A stretch of 64,000 nt of DNA, taken from NCBI GenBank assembly GCA_965637545.1, contig OZ281494.1:30814001-30878000 (forward strand), written 5' to 3'. Each line of letters begins with the position of its first letter. The first letter of the stretch is position 1. The notes beneath the pieces are model-generated. The model made no database searches. It was not told the DNA's origin and saw only the letters and a program-made list of their open reading frames with translations. Made by a program: the position numbers and the translations under genes. Origin of the DNA: Phallusia mammillata. Lineage: Eukaryota. Below, one piece after another: positions 20,239 to 32,876 of the stretch.

Positions 20239-23200
20239 ATGTTTACGATATGTGCTTGGTCAGATAATGTAGCTCATTTTCTGTTACTCAATTTTTTTAA
20301 CATACATAAACAATGTGTTTACATATATGTATTTGTAAAAAAGCATGCATTCCCTACAAAGCGTTTGTTTTGTGAACATTTGTTTATATAACTTGTTTTG
20401 TTAACTTTAGAAAGTAAATTGGGTAAATAAGATATATAATATCTACACTATAGTATAGATAGACACACTTTAGTATATATATGTTTTAGGCCATGTAAAA
20501 GTGAATTTTCTATGAAGAAGTGCCTAGATTTAAACAAATGTTTACTGCTGTAAATATCTAACAGGGATGGGCCAAGGCCAGCATTTTTACTTGGGAGGCT
20601 CTGTTTTTGACACATAAAAATATGGTATACTAGGTCTGGGAGAAAAGTGTTTGGCGATTATACATTTCAACTTATATACATTAAATTAAATTTTTTTCAT
20701 TGCTTAACATACTTTGCTTAGACTAAAGCTTATTTTGTTCAGGCACATAAGATCACTTTACAGTTCATTCAAGCCTTTATAATGTAATGTTTGGTGCCAA
20801 ATCAAGTTATGGCCCATCCCTGATAAAAAATCATATTTTTTCAAGGCCACACTTTGCCTAGACTTATTTTGTTTCGTTTCAATGCTTGCAGGGAAATAGT
20901 CAGTGTGATGTGAAACCTGACAACAGAGATACTGTCCACATGATTCAATCAAGCTCCAATCTGTTTTGTTGTTTAGTCTTTGCTGCAGTTTTGAAGCAAC
21001 TGTTCTGTTGTCAACAGTTTGCCAATTGTCAAATCTTGTACAGTTTTTGTTGTTGACATCACTCAATTTTCACTTGTTTATGTATATGTTATGTGCTATG
21101 TTTAATGTATCAATGGATTATGATACTTTAAAGGCCAGAAAAAATGTTTAATGATTTTACTTTAAAATCTGAAAAACTACAGCTTAAACTGTAGCTTAAG
21201 GCTGTTACAAATTATTTACATGAAGTAAAAAAATTGTGAGGACTTTCATTAAGATTTTTTGGAGGCTAAATTAGCACCCTTGCTACTCTTGTTAGGTGCT
21301 ACAATAATATGTTTTAGTAAATTTGAAAAGGCATGTTTTGCTTTGTATTTTGTTGCTATATACTACATGCTGAGCCAGCTTACTGTTAAAACTTGTTCAG
21401 ATTTGTTAATACTGTTTTGGGGTGTGCCAAAAAAGTTTAGGTTATATAAACTTGTATGAGGAAAAGTATATGTGTGCAGCCTGCACATTTTAAATGCTAA
21501 AATTAAAAAAGGAAGATTGGAATCAAAGCAACATACACATCCCTTATGTTTATAGTCTTGTTCTGTCTGACTACATGAAAACTTTTGTATTTTAGTTAAA
21601 TATTTTGCCACTGAGGTCAAATGTCTTAGTTATCCCATGGTTGGGATCATAAAGAATTGAGATTACCTTAAACCATTTGTTGTACTCATAAATACCACAA
21701 ATTATAAGCTTATTCCAACTTATTTGCATAGGGGAATCAGGGATTGCAAATCCAACCTTTTATGAAAATTATTGGTTAATCACCCAATTTGTGTAATAGC
21801 TGAAAAAAGCTTGACAAATTAGTCATGCCTTTAACAGATTTTGTCTGTGTTGTTAATTATGTAAAATGTATAATAATGTTCTGGCAGATGTAATGCCAAA
21901 CTGTTAATGACAGCTTAGTTATAAGTATGTGTGCAAGATAAGCTGCAATCTATTTAAGTTGGCAATACAATTTATACAACTACACAATCAACTCAAACAA
22001 GCATATTAGTTTTTTGATAAACCATGCATCTGTGCATGTTGAACGTTTACTTCTTGACTTAATATGAGTCAAATTCTGATTTGTTTCTGAACTTATTATG
22101 TTTATCACTTTTTTGTTGTGTTAAACAACATGGCTAAGCATGTTTTTTTTTGGAATGTTAGCAAACAGCAATGCTACTTCTGCAAAATCAAAATTGTTGA
22201 AGAAAACTGATGACAGCAGTTATTTTTAGCTGTGTACATAATGTTGATATTTTGTGCTATTATGTAACTATTGCCAACCTGCCAAGCACAGTAGATTGTG
22301 TCTTCTGTATAATAAACACCACTTTTGCTGCATATGCTGCCAAGACTTGCATCAGTGTATGGATCACTACTGTATGAAGCTTAGGTGCTGTTTTTATGTT
22401 TACAATGTATATCAGTACGAAGGGATGTTTATGTTCAACTGAGATGGTTGTGTTCGCCAAAGATTATTTTGCTTGCAAGAATTTTTGGAATATTATTTTG
22501 TAAATAATAATACATTAGCACAGAAACTATGTTACCGATATGACAAATCTGGTTAATTGGGCAATCCTTTAAATTGCATAGAGAAAAAAAGCTATTTGTT
22601 GAAGAAAAACTTCTGAAAAATGCATGACAAAGTGGTCATGTGACCAACAGGATTAGTCTGTACAAGTAAAAACAGTTTTGTTTGTTATGTAATAAGATAT
22701 ATGTGTCAAGTGTTGTGAAACCCCAAAACAGTTAGCTGGGTAGAACACTATTTAAATAAAGTGTTGCAGAAATGAAAAACCCAATACACAACAACAAAAA
22801 ATATAAGTGTTTTTAAGCAAAGGCTATGTAGGAAATCAATTGATGTTGTATAAACTAAATTAAGTGACGTTAGCGTTGGTTTTGGAATAGTTACTGTATC
22901 TGTGCAAAATTTTATACGAAAAAATTTACTGTTACCATTTATGAAAATTTAATGTTAAAACTACTTTTATCTCATTTTGAGTGTGTGGCGCATGCATTCA
23001 AGCAAAGCAATATATGTTAATTATCTACTTTTGTGTCTTGCGATACACAAGAAATAATGTGCCAGAGTTTATAAAACTACAAGCTTTTTGTATTAAAATT
23101 TCTTAGTTTTTCTAATTAGCACTTTTAAAGGCTAGCTATTAATAATTGTGTGTTTGATGATAAAGCCTTTGTCAAGGCGACAACAAACGAAGTCTTATTC

Positions 23201-23519
23201 CCAGGGGAAGGAATTTCTGCACAGGAAACGGTTGGATACACAAGCTTGTAGCATTTGTGGCCTTGATTAGCAAAGAACATTAAATTATGTTCAAATCATA
23301 AAAAATGCACGTATTCAAAAACAAAGCTGTTAGGGACTTGGGGTAGAAGTCTTAGTCTACATAAGCCTATATGTCAGCAAAAATGCTCGTTAAATAAGTT
23401 TTGCTTGATAAATTCGAAAGATCCAAAGGATAGTAACATTTCGTAATTCGCTTCGTAAATTTAAAAAAAAGGCGATAACCAAGGCAAGGCACCATGGGTA
23501 AATAAGGTTCGAACGCCTT

Positions 23520-23760
23520 ACATAATAGTTATAATATGACATAGCGCTAGTCTAAGAAGACTTCTGTCGAGGGTTCGAAATCTACCACAGGCTAGATTTT
23601 TTTCGTCTGTGCCTTGTCATGTGGCAGTGCTTGGAAGACAGGCTTGATTCGGTATGACGCTTTTAATGGGCCTGGCGCGCTATGTTTTTTGGATGAGTAT
23701 GCCGTGACCGCTAGTCTGCATGGACGCTCCAGGGAGGATGTGTTAAGTTTAGTTAAAGAG
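23520..23760 (+). mobile_element. tRNA-derived SINE
   Basis: B-box GGTTCGAAATC near 23573, then ccacaggctagattt..ggaagacaggcttgatt..tatgacgc, shared with the copy at 55430-55545. Confidence 0.6.
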
Positions 23761-25672
23761 GCAGAAAAGTCAGCTGTATGTATTAATTATTGATTTGTTG
23801 CTGTGATCAATTATATCCCAATGGGGGCGTTTACTGTTTGCAGCGTAGATTATGACAATTCTTGGAAACTTTCCGATAGGTTGGCGTGCCAAATCCATTG
23901 AATTTTGTTCGTTAAATGTTTTGGATTTTGTGCACTGTAGTAACTAACTACAGTTTGTATAGATTACAGCCACAGGTGTCAATTAAGAGGTGACCGGGGT
24001 GATATGTCTCCCCTGTTACAGCACAAGGTATTTAGGAGCAATCACGATTAAACTGGTGCATTTATTCAAAGTGAATTATTTGTCCGAACGTTATTTATCC
24101 TATTTTCCGCACAAATGTTTTATAAATTACCTTATTTACTCGATTGTGAGCTTTATGTTGAGGTGTTAAAAAAGAATGTAAGCCACATGCTGTGGTGCTA
24201 GATAACGCTGTTAAGTAATGCTATATTCTGCGTCAACTATTGTTGGTTAAAAATACGTATATAGCAGAACGTATATTGACGTATAATGTCTATACCTGAA
24301 AACAATTTTATACACAAATTAAATCAATTTGTGAAGAAAGGGAGTAGCGTTTGATTCTAATTAACCCTGCGGTTCACCCACACACCCCACGCGAAAAATG
24401 TCTACTGTTGTCGGTAGCAGTTGTATCACAGGGGTGAAAAAAATTCTTCCTATCCTTAACAGTAATCATTTTTTGATATGGCTGACCGACGAGCTGTTAG
24501 TCTAGTTATGGATCTTGTTTTTTTGTGCGGACGCATGTTTTTTTTTCTACTTTGTGAACAGGTTGTGTTCTTTTCTTGGGAAAGAAAGGTTTATACTTAA
24601 AATTCGCGCGTGTTTTAGATATCAACCTGAAGTTATGTACTACAACTTTTGACCTAAGTTGAACCCCACACCACAGTCAATTAAGAATGACGTAATTTTG
24701 TAAAGTACATGGCCCTATGACCCATGAGTTTGTTCGTATTAAAGCTGTTACTGTCGAAACTTTGCATTACTCGTTGTACATTTTTTAGGGGAGCTAGGTA
24801 GTGGTCGTGTTAAAATGAAAATGAGTTTCGATGTAGCATTTGTTTATGCGCGTGTCGCAATAACCTTTGTAAGTTTTATATGCTGTAAATTTTGTTTCTC
24901 AGCTTCCTCAGACAGGGGTTTGGTACAATGAAGGTTGTCTTTACAGGTTGGTCCCTGTTTCGCTACGTCACAAAATGGTAGAGTGATTTACTTGTCAAAA
25001 TGTGCCGCCTGGTAATTTTTCGAAGACAAGGAATTACTCTTCTCAGGTTCTGTTTTACCCAGAGCCGGAAAAGCTATTTATATCCGCTAAGCACTTCGGC
25101 GACTCACACAAAGATGACTTGTGCCTGAAGGGCCGGTGGGTGGCGACCGAACCGAACATCTGAAATTACAGTTGCATTGTAGCAGACGACACAATACCGT
25201 TAAAAATTCCGATTTGGCAATGCATTTAAATACTGAGACACCCTTTGGTGACTTTCCTTTTTTAATACTCAAAGTAACCCACATGCGAACTTTGCTAGAC
25301 CAGCCTAGTTTAACCGAACTCTAAGTGACACTTTTCGTTGACACGAATTTAACAGTTTAAATATATTGCTTTTGCGTATGTTACAAAAACATTTAGCCCA
25401 ACCGCTGATGCCATTTGACGTTCAATCGCCAAACTGCTGTGATAATTCCTATAACGAGAGGTGTGAAACTCAGGAACCACATGCAGCCTGTATTACCGGA
25501 AATTGAAGTAATTTGACGGATCATTTCAAATAAAAGTGACAGGAAGTAGTCTTGTATATGTTGGCGACACTTCTTGTTTGTTGTGTGGTTTAATGACACA
25601 ACGTAGATTTAGCAACGTATCTGGGTTACAAAGTAAACAATCTCCTAAAAAACATTTATTGATTCTATAGAG

Positions 25673-26445
25673 CAGTGGTTCCCAACCTTTTTGACCTCGC
25701 GGCACCTTATCAAAGAGATAAATAGTTTGCGGCACCCTGGCAAAATTGGATCAATTTTATGAGGTTTCTGTATTTCAAATAACTTTATGTAATAACACAG
25801 AATAAGTTGTACAGTATAGCACGCGTAAATAAATGTATCTATTCAAAAGTCAGTGTGAAATTTGGGCTTGGCTTCTTGCACAAAGTCCCTTAATATCTGG
25901 GTGCACATTCGATAAAGACACCCGCATTTCTTCTTCGACTATAAGTTGCCGTTGTCGTTTTTTTATGTTTGTCAATACGAAAAAGCCACTCACACATAGA
26001 ACCATTTGCACATTTGCTTTCAAACGTAGCCTACCTTAGTTGGCAAACAAAATTCGTACTAGTTTGTATTCTATCGCGATTTACAAATTGACAAATGTCT
26101 TCGTGGCCATTTATGGACCCGCCGCAGTTAAAGGGTTTATATCTTAGCCATTTCTCGATTAGCTATGCATCGTGCTATTAGCTATGTATAGATCGGTTAG
26201 CTATGTATCGTATTCCCATGCAAAAGTTTCCAACAATGTTATCATGATGAACCAAGCGAATCGCCGTCTAGTGTTAAATGAAATAAATGAGTGCTTAACA
26301 TTTATTACTGAAATTCGGCTAAAAATAAATAAATTCCGCACGGCACGGGTTAAAGTTAAAATAAAGAATGGGCCTCAGTAATGCAATGTTAATATCTCGC
26401 GGCACCCTTGAGCATTGCAATTGGCACCCCGGTTGGGAACCACTG
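25673..26445. mobile_element. hAT non-autonomous element, 773 bp
   Basis: TIR CAGTGGTTCCCAACC / GGTTGGGAACCACTG; 8-bp TSD CTATAGAG / CTATGGAG (7/8); subterminal GCGGCACC repeats. Confidence 0.88.
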
Positions 26446-28278
26446 CTATGGAGTTTAGGGTATTGTTTCCATAAAGTTAAAACTACATGTAACATAATGT
26501 TTTACTTCTTATTTGTTTTATTTTCCATGTTTGTTTTACGTTGAGATTGTAAAAGGGAGAAAAAATCTCTACTTTTTGTTTTGGCCCACAGGCTGCATGT
26601 TGAAGGCTACATTAGAAAGCTTGTTTCAAAGTCCATTGGTAATGTAGCCTAATTGTGATTGCATACCGATTGTTTTTTATTTAAAACTTGTTGAAAAGCT
26701 TAGGGGCATCAAATGTAGCTAAATGTGCATTCGAGGTACATCGAAAATAGATTTCCGATACGCCGCATAAGACGAGAGTGAAAGAAAGAAGGCAATCTGT
26801 CCGGTTCGCTGTAGGCATGCAAGAAAACGGTAAAAGCAGTGACAATGGCGCTACAGCACATTTTTTTTCAGTTTCTAAGCGTCATCAGCAAATAAACAAG
26901 TTAATCATGCAGATTTTCTAGCTGCATTTGATATGTCTCATATGTGCTAACTTATTCATACTTTGGCAATAATCTAAGTGATTTAAGAATTTGTTTAGTT
27001 TTGTACTTATCAAGTAATTAGCTATTTCGGTTCGTTTGCGCCGGTGGTACCATTACAAAGAGAGGTGTTTTAGGTATATTTTCGTGTGTCTCGGCGGTTT
27101 GTGTCTACGGACTTCTGTTGTGTAATATGAGATGGTAAATTTAAGGGTATAATGTAGTCTCTGCAGGTTTCATTTCTAATTACAGAAAAAGTGCTAAAGA
27201 CTGCATTTGACAATATTTTGTTTTGTTTTACAGGTGTAGGTTTGTAGAAATGGTTGTTAAATAATTAGGATACTGTATAAATCAACAATGACGTCAAAAT
27301 CAACAAAGGTGTATGTTTCTGGTGGTGGACTCAACTACGTCAATTACAAATAAAATGAAACAAAAATCAACTGTTCTGTGTTGTCAGTTTTCTTTTAGAT
27401 TAGCCTAATAGCCTCTGTCATACAATTTAGTTTACTTTTATTTCGAAAGCAGAAGAAATCCTGCACATATTTCAGTTTTATCAGAAAAGTGGTAATAAGA
27501 AACACTACACACGGATCTATTTATAAGTTTAATGATAAAACTAACGGCCTAAATTGACGTAAAAAGCGACATGCTTTATTGTTCAAACGTTTCGGCAAAT
27601 GCTCATGCCGCCATCAGTGATATGAAGGGCCACAGTTACACGTGTAGTAGCAATAAAATTAGCCTACTACTTGCCAAGAGGTGTATAAAACAAACATTTT
27701 TCAATGATTTATTGTCTGAACTTGTGGTTTAAAGTATATTACTGATACAATGTCGGAGAATGTTAGGAGGTTCGTAAGTGTTTAGTTGACTTCTATGGAT
27801 CAAAGTTATTTATTCAGATTCCATAGTTTCTTTCAAGTGGACTCTGTGAAAACCAAAGTTTATCTAAATGGAATAGAGTTTGCTGTTTGCAAAACGAAGT
27901 GTTCAGACCCGTGCAAGTTTTCGATTTCAAAACCACTTTGTTATTTATAGGTACTCTAGATATGTAGTCGACTGGATTACATTGAAGATCCTTAGCCTCT
28001 GGGCTGTTTTCACAAGCATACCCAAACCCAATGTATTGAAGCCAGTATCGCTTGTGGACGGTTGCTCAACTAGGCTTCTGGCTAAGCTCAGTGCATTGGA
28101 TGAACTAATTTAATTTGCTTCTGCGAGTCGCAATTGAATTGAACAACATAGTGCAGGTTTGTGGATGACGTCAAACATCAAATTAGTTTTTAAGTTTATT
28201 GCTTCATTTATGGCATTAGGAACTTTTCTAACATCGGATTGATCATATGGGTTCATTAAGAGTCACCACTGTTAACTA

Positions 28279-28642
28279 TAGTGATGGGACGATACCAGGT
28301 TTCAAAGCGAGTACCGATACCGAGTAGCCTACCACGTAAAAATACCTTCGATACCAAGTACGGAGTAGCCTACTTATGTATAGTGTTGTATATCACTGGC
28401 CAAATTATCTGCCATGGCCGGGATACAGGCGACTACAAACGCATGAAGAAAAATGCAATCTCCACACGATAGCAAAAAAATGTAACCTGGCGGATCTTTT
28501 TCCTGATTTTGTGCTGTCCGAAGCAATAATTGGCAAAAAGTCGCCCTTATTCTTATGGTGTATACTGGGGCCTTCGGTATCGAACGTTGGTATCGAAAAC
28601 TGAGGCAAAATATTTTGATACCGAGTACCCGTCACATCACTA
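28279..28642. mobile_element. hAT-like MITE, 364 bp
   Basis: TIR TAGTGATGGGACG / CGTCACATCACTA; CTGTTAAC on both flanks (2 extra nt on the left); multiple internal GATACC/GGTATC repeats. Confidence 0.8.
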
Positions 28643-29360
28643 CTGTTAACCTAACGAATTCGACACACCGAGCCATAGTTTTTAGGAAAATGTATTTGCG
28701 CATCGTACTAAGCACGGTATAAGCACAAGTTACGTAACGCTCTAACTAAAACACTTGCTAGTTATGAATCGATTGAATCGAACGGTTACAGAAAGAAGTG
28801 AAAACTTTTTTACAGTGTCTAGATCTGATTTGGACGAAATCCGAGTTGTGCAAAATAATTCAAACCTTCATTGTATTAAAATTTCTACTAGTCGACCATC
28901 ATATAATATTTTCTCTCTTCGTAATGAAAATGTAATGAATACAACCGTAGTTCATTACATTAAAAAACTTAAGGTGTGATGACAAAAAGTGCCACAGTAC
29001 GCAATTAAAACAGACGAGTCATACATTTTAAGGTGTAATTGGTGCCATGTAAAAATCGAGATTAAAAACAGGGTCCAATAACATGTACGTACAGGAACAC
29101 GTTTTCTACAACCAATTTGGTAACAAATACTAGTTTGATGTTGAACGGCACATACCAAACGGCAAGGGAGTAAAAAACTTTAAATTATTTTATTAACAGT
29201 ATATAAAAATGTGAAAAACTAGCAGCGGAACTAATCAATGGCAAATTATTTTTTTGTCATTTAATCTCAAAATTTGGATTTTGAAATAAAATAAATCCGA
29301 AAGCAAGATACTTGCACAGATGTGTACATAAAAATACATGTTACCCCTCATTTAAAAAAA

Positions 29361-32157
29361 TCACCAGGGCTTGGTTCTAGCCCTTTGGTTTCTTTGTGGT
29401 GAAATTTCTTCAACGTCATCATCCTCATCCTAAAAAAGAGAACCAATTGGCCTTATTTAGGTGATAGTTTTTCCAAGAATGAGTGTCACAGTGGTTTACA
29501 CCAGCAGTTTCCAAACTTATTTCTAATGCTAAGAATTTTTTTGGCTTGGAGGTTTTGAAAAAGACAATTACAAAAATCTTGTCCTCTAGCTAAAATAAAT
29601 TTTGATCCATTCTTCTTGGGCCACACCCACGTTAATTTGAATAATATACTACACATTTTATCAAAAAAAGTTTTCACTAGATTCTGCAGGCACTGTAGGC
29701 ATGGTGAGTAGATAAAAGATAGGACTACCATACTTTCATCACCAAAATTGAGGACACATTCTGTTTTATGCATTCTTCAAACTGCTAAATATAAAACAAT
29801 AACCTCGTCATCATCATCTTCTTCATCATCATCATATTCCTGTGAATCTTCCTCGCTGTCATATTCATCATCATCGTCTTCATCATCTTCTTGATCCCGT
29901 GATCTGGATGTGTGTCTGAAAATTGCATGTTGTGATTAAGCCAACTGATTGTGTTACCACATCGATTATGTGGCTTCACTGAGCTAATGTTTTTTCTAGC
30001 ATTGTTGCTTCCACAAGCAAAAATTTATTGCATCCCACACATGCAACTATTAGGTATATATCGTACAAGACAGCACAACATATTCATTTTTTAGTTGAGC
30101 TTATGAATAACTGTGTAAAAAATTGCTTTGATTTGTCTTGCACTTAAATTTGGCTTGTTATTATTGTCTGGTAAACTAGCTTATTTGTTAAGCAAAAATA
30201 TTACCAAATGCCAAGTTCATAAGTACAACTTACTGGTCTGACGGCTGAGCACTGTTTCTTGGTCTTGGTGTGGGTTCTAATTGCTGATTGGTTGCAGGTC
30301 TGTTTGCATCACCCAATGACATGTCAGCAGTTTGGTTTACCAAATCCATTCTGTTTTGCATGTTGGTAGTTGGCCTCAGTGTGTTACGGAACATCTAAAT
30401 TTGCAATTCATTATTTCCACTTATGAAGGTACTTGTTATGTCAAAGGAGAAAAGTTTTTTTGTGATGGAAAATTTACATATCGTAAAGGTTTTTACCGCA
30501 ATATGTTCCTCCTCTTGAATGTTCTGCATGCCATTGAAAGCTGCTGAATACTGCTCCAGTGCCTTTGCATGGAACAACATCTCAACTTTGATAAACTCCA
30601 TGAAGATTTTCTAAAGCATATATAAAGTAGACATTTAACTTCTTAACTGCAAAAATACTCCATATTTTGATACCCACAAATAAAATTTGGAGATTGAAAT
30701 TAAAAACATTAGCCACAAACTTAAAAATAGTCTTAACTAAAACACAACTATTTATGTACATAATAACAACATTAGATTGAATCATGCTGGTTTGTCATGA
30801 TACACTCAAACACATTTGGAGTCAGCAAATAATTGGCCGGCAACAACACTGTGATTATTGAATACATGTACATAGTTGTCATTTGTTTGACATTTCCCAC
30901 TTCTATAACAGCTACGATTAAACTTACTTTCAGATCTTGTATCTTCTTTGATTCAAACTTGTCAGCTGTCTCTTCCAGAACTCGTGTTGTTCTCTCAACA
31001 TCAACCATCCGTCTTTGCAACTCAGCCTCAGCTTGGGTCTTAAAATAAAATAAATTTGAATTTGCCTTTTTTGTAGGGGTTTAGGGGTCCACACATAAAA
31101 TCTTACCAGGGCATGTCTATCACCTCCTGATTTGTTACGGAGGGTCTCAACCTTGTCATGTTGCTTCATTTCCTCATTTCGTGTCTTAATTGATGATTTC
31201 AGGTTTGCCTAAGTAATTTAAAATGTTTAGTTATCCACTGTATATATTAACCCTTTATGTGCAGTAACTCAGAACAACAACAGTGGCCTTTACCTGGGTA
31301 TGCTTGCATTCTTTTCCATATGTTGTCAAAGGGTTGATTACTTTGTGCTCCAATCGCTGAATCTGTACAAAAGTACAAACTTTGTGCTTTATGCACACAA
31401 TTTGAATCTTTATTTGTTACCTGTGCATCGCGATAATCTTGAATTGCAGAAAGTCTTTCAGCGAAATGTGTCATACTTGTTTTCAGTGGCTCGGGTTCAG
31501 TCTTTGCATATTCCACACACAGCTGAACAAACATATGTACAGTTTATAAAACATTGTTGCAAACGTTTTAATCCTAAATGAGCAATGTCACATAAAAAAA
31601 ACACCATACAAATACTGATACCCCCATACCATGCGTAGACTTATTGTTACCGTGTTCCTTGGCGATTTGGGTTAGAAAAACTCTGTTGCAGAAAAAAATG
31701 TAGATATGATGTACACACCTTTGCCACATTGTCATATTTGTCTCTTAAGCGACCAGTCTTTCTGCATACAGAACCAAGTTCATTGCAAATCGAACCAAAG
31801 TGCTTGTCCACTTTCTTCACAGAGTCTTCTATAAAGCGAGTTTGATCCTCTCTGATTGAACATAATACAAATAAAAATTAATAATAAATGAATGCATATC
31901 AAACATAACATACACACTTAAAATGCAATGTATGATATATTGTGTGTTGATCCTACGATGAGCCAGTTGAGAGTTACAGAGAAATTTAAAGTATTTTCTT
32001 GTGTTGGTGTGTTTTCTACGATCAAGTGAAAAGCTTATATAACTCAACCATTTTGTTTTAGTTAAACCAGTTGAACTGTTTCAGTAACAAAATACAATGA
32101 ATCTAACACATACCGCGCCCTTGCTTCAGGAGACGCATGTCCTCTTCTAGATATCAT
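29361..32157 (-). CDS. FAM92: FAM92/CIBAR BAR-domain ciliary protein, about 338 aa, 10 exons, acidic C-tail
   Basis: Exons (-) 32114-32157, 31719-31851, 31421-31522, 31294-31362, 31107-31208, 30928-31038, 30497-30610, 30234-30394, 29804-29915, 29361-29429; total 1017 nt, phases consistent. Motifs KVDKHFGSIC..RKTGRLRDK, IQDYRDAQIQRLEHKVINPL, QAEAELQR, FIKVEMLFHAKALEQYSAAF match human FAM92A/CIBAR1. Confidence 0.92.
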
Positions 32158-32876
32158 TCTTTAGTACCTAAATCTTTGATTTTAAACTGTTTTGCCTTTA
32201 AAAAAATACGGTTAAGGTTATAGATTTAGTTGATGTTACTATTACGTAAACGCAATTCTATAATAAATAATGCAACAACTTTAATATGTCTGCACTATAG
32301 TGCTGTATACACATTACCGTATACAATTAATCTACATGAATGCTTTAAAGTTATTTAAGTGATTATTTTGGCTTTAAAGAAGAGATTTACCAAGAAAAAC
32401 ATTCAATTTTATTGCCTCGCAACAAAACATTTTTATTTTCGGCGTACCCTTGTTGCGCATGACTGAACATTATTCAAGCGTGTCTAACGGTGATTTTTAC
32501 GGTTGAATAAAATATTTTTTATAATTGATTGGGGTAATGTAGTTGCTTTATTTGTAGCATCGCATTAAAATTACTCAACTAAATTGTGTATTTTGAGTAA
32601 GTGATTCATCACTCGGGTATAAGTTTTATGACTGTAGTGAACTGCTACGCTAAACAGTTAAAAACGGGTACGGACACAGAAAACTTACTAGGCTACTGAC
32701 TAAACTTATGCTCCACGCCAAAAGATGCAAACCAAGCTGTTTTCAAGGGTCTATTGCATCCAAATATAAAGATAAACTGTTCAATCAAAAATAAACAGAA
32801 TCAAAACAAAAAAGAATTAAAGAAGGAGCAGCTGTTGCGTTGGTTGATATATCAAAAAAGGAAATTACATTTAGAT

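Noticed and set aside
19992-29360. Copine exons that would nest RBM12 as in vertebrate CPNE1/RBM12
   Set aside because: No C2 or vWA copine-like peptides found on the + strand in this interval.
32411-32423. RFX X-box-like ATTGCCTCGCAAC upstream of ciliary FAM92
   Set aside because: Deviates from the GTNRCC-N0-3-RGYAAC consensus in both halves; not supportable without conservation data.
32158-32876. CYP-A and FAM92 as an SL-resolved operon
   Set aside because: Same strand, but 720 bp apart with room for an independent promoter; ascidian operon genes usually abut directly.
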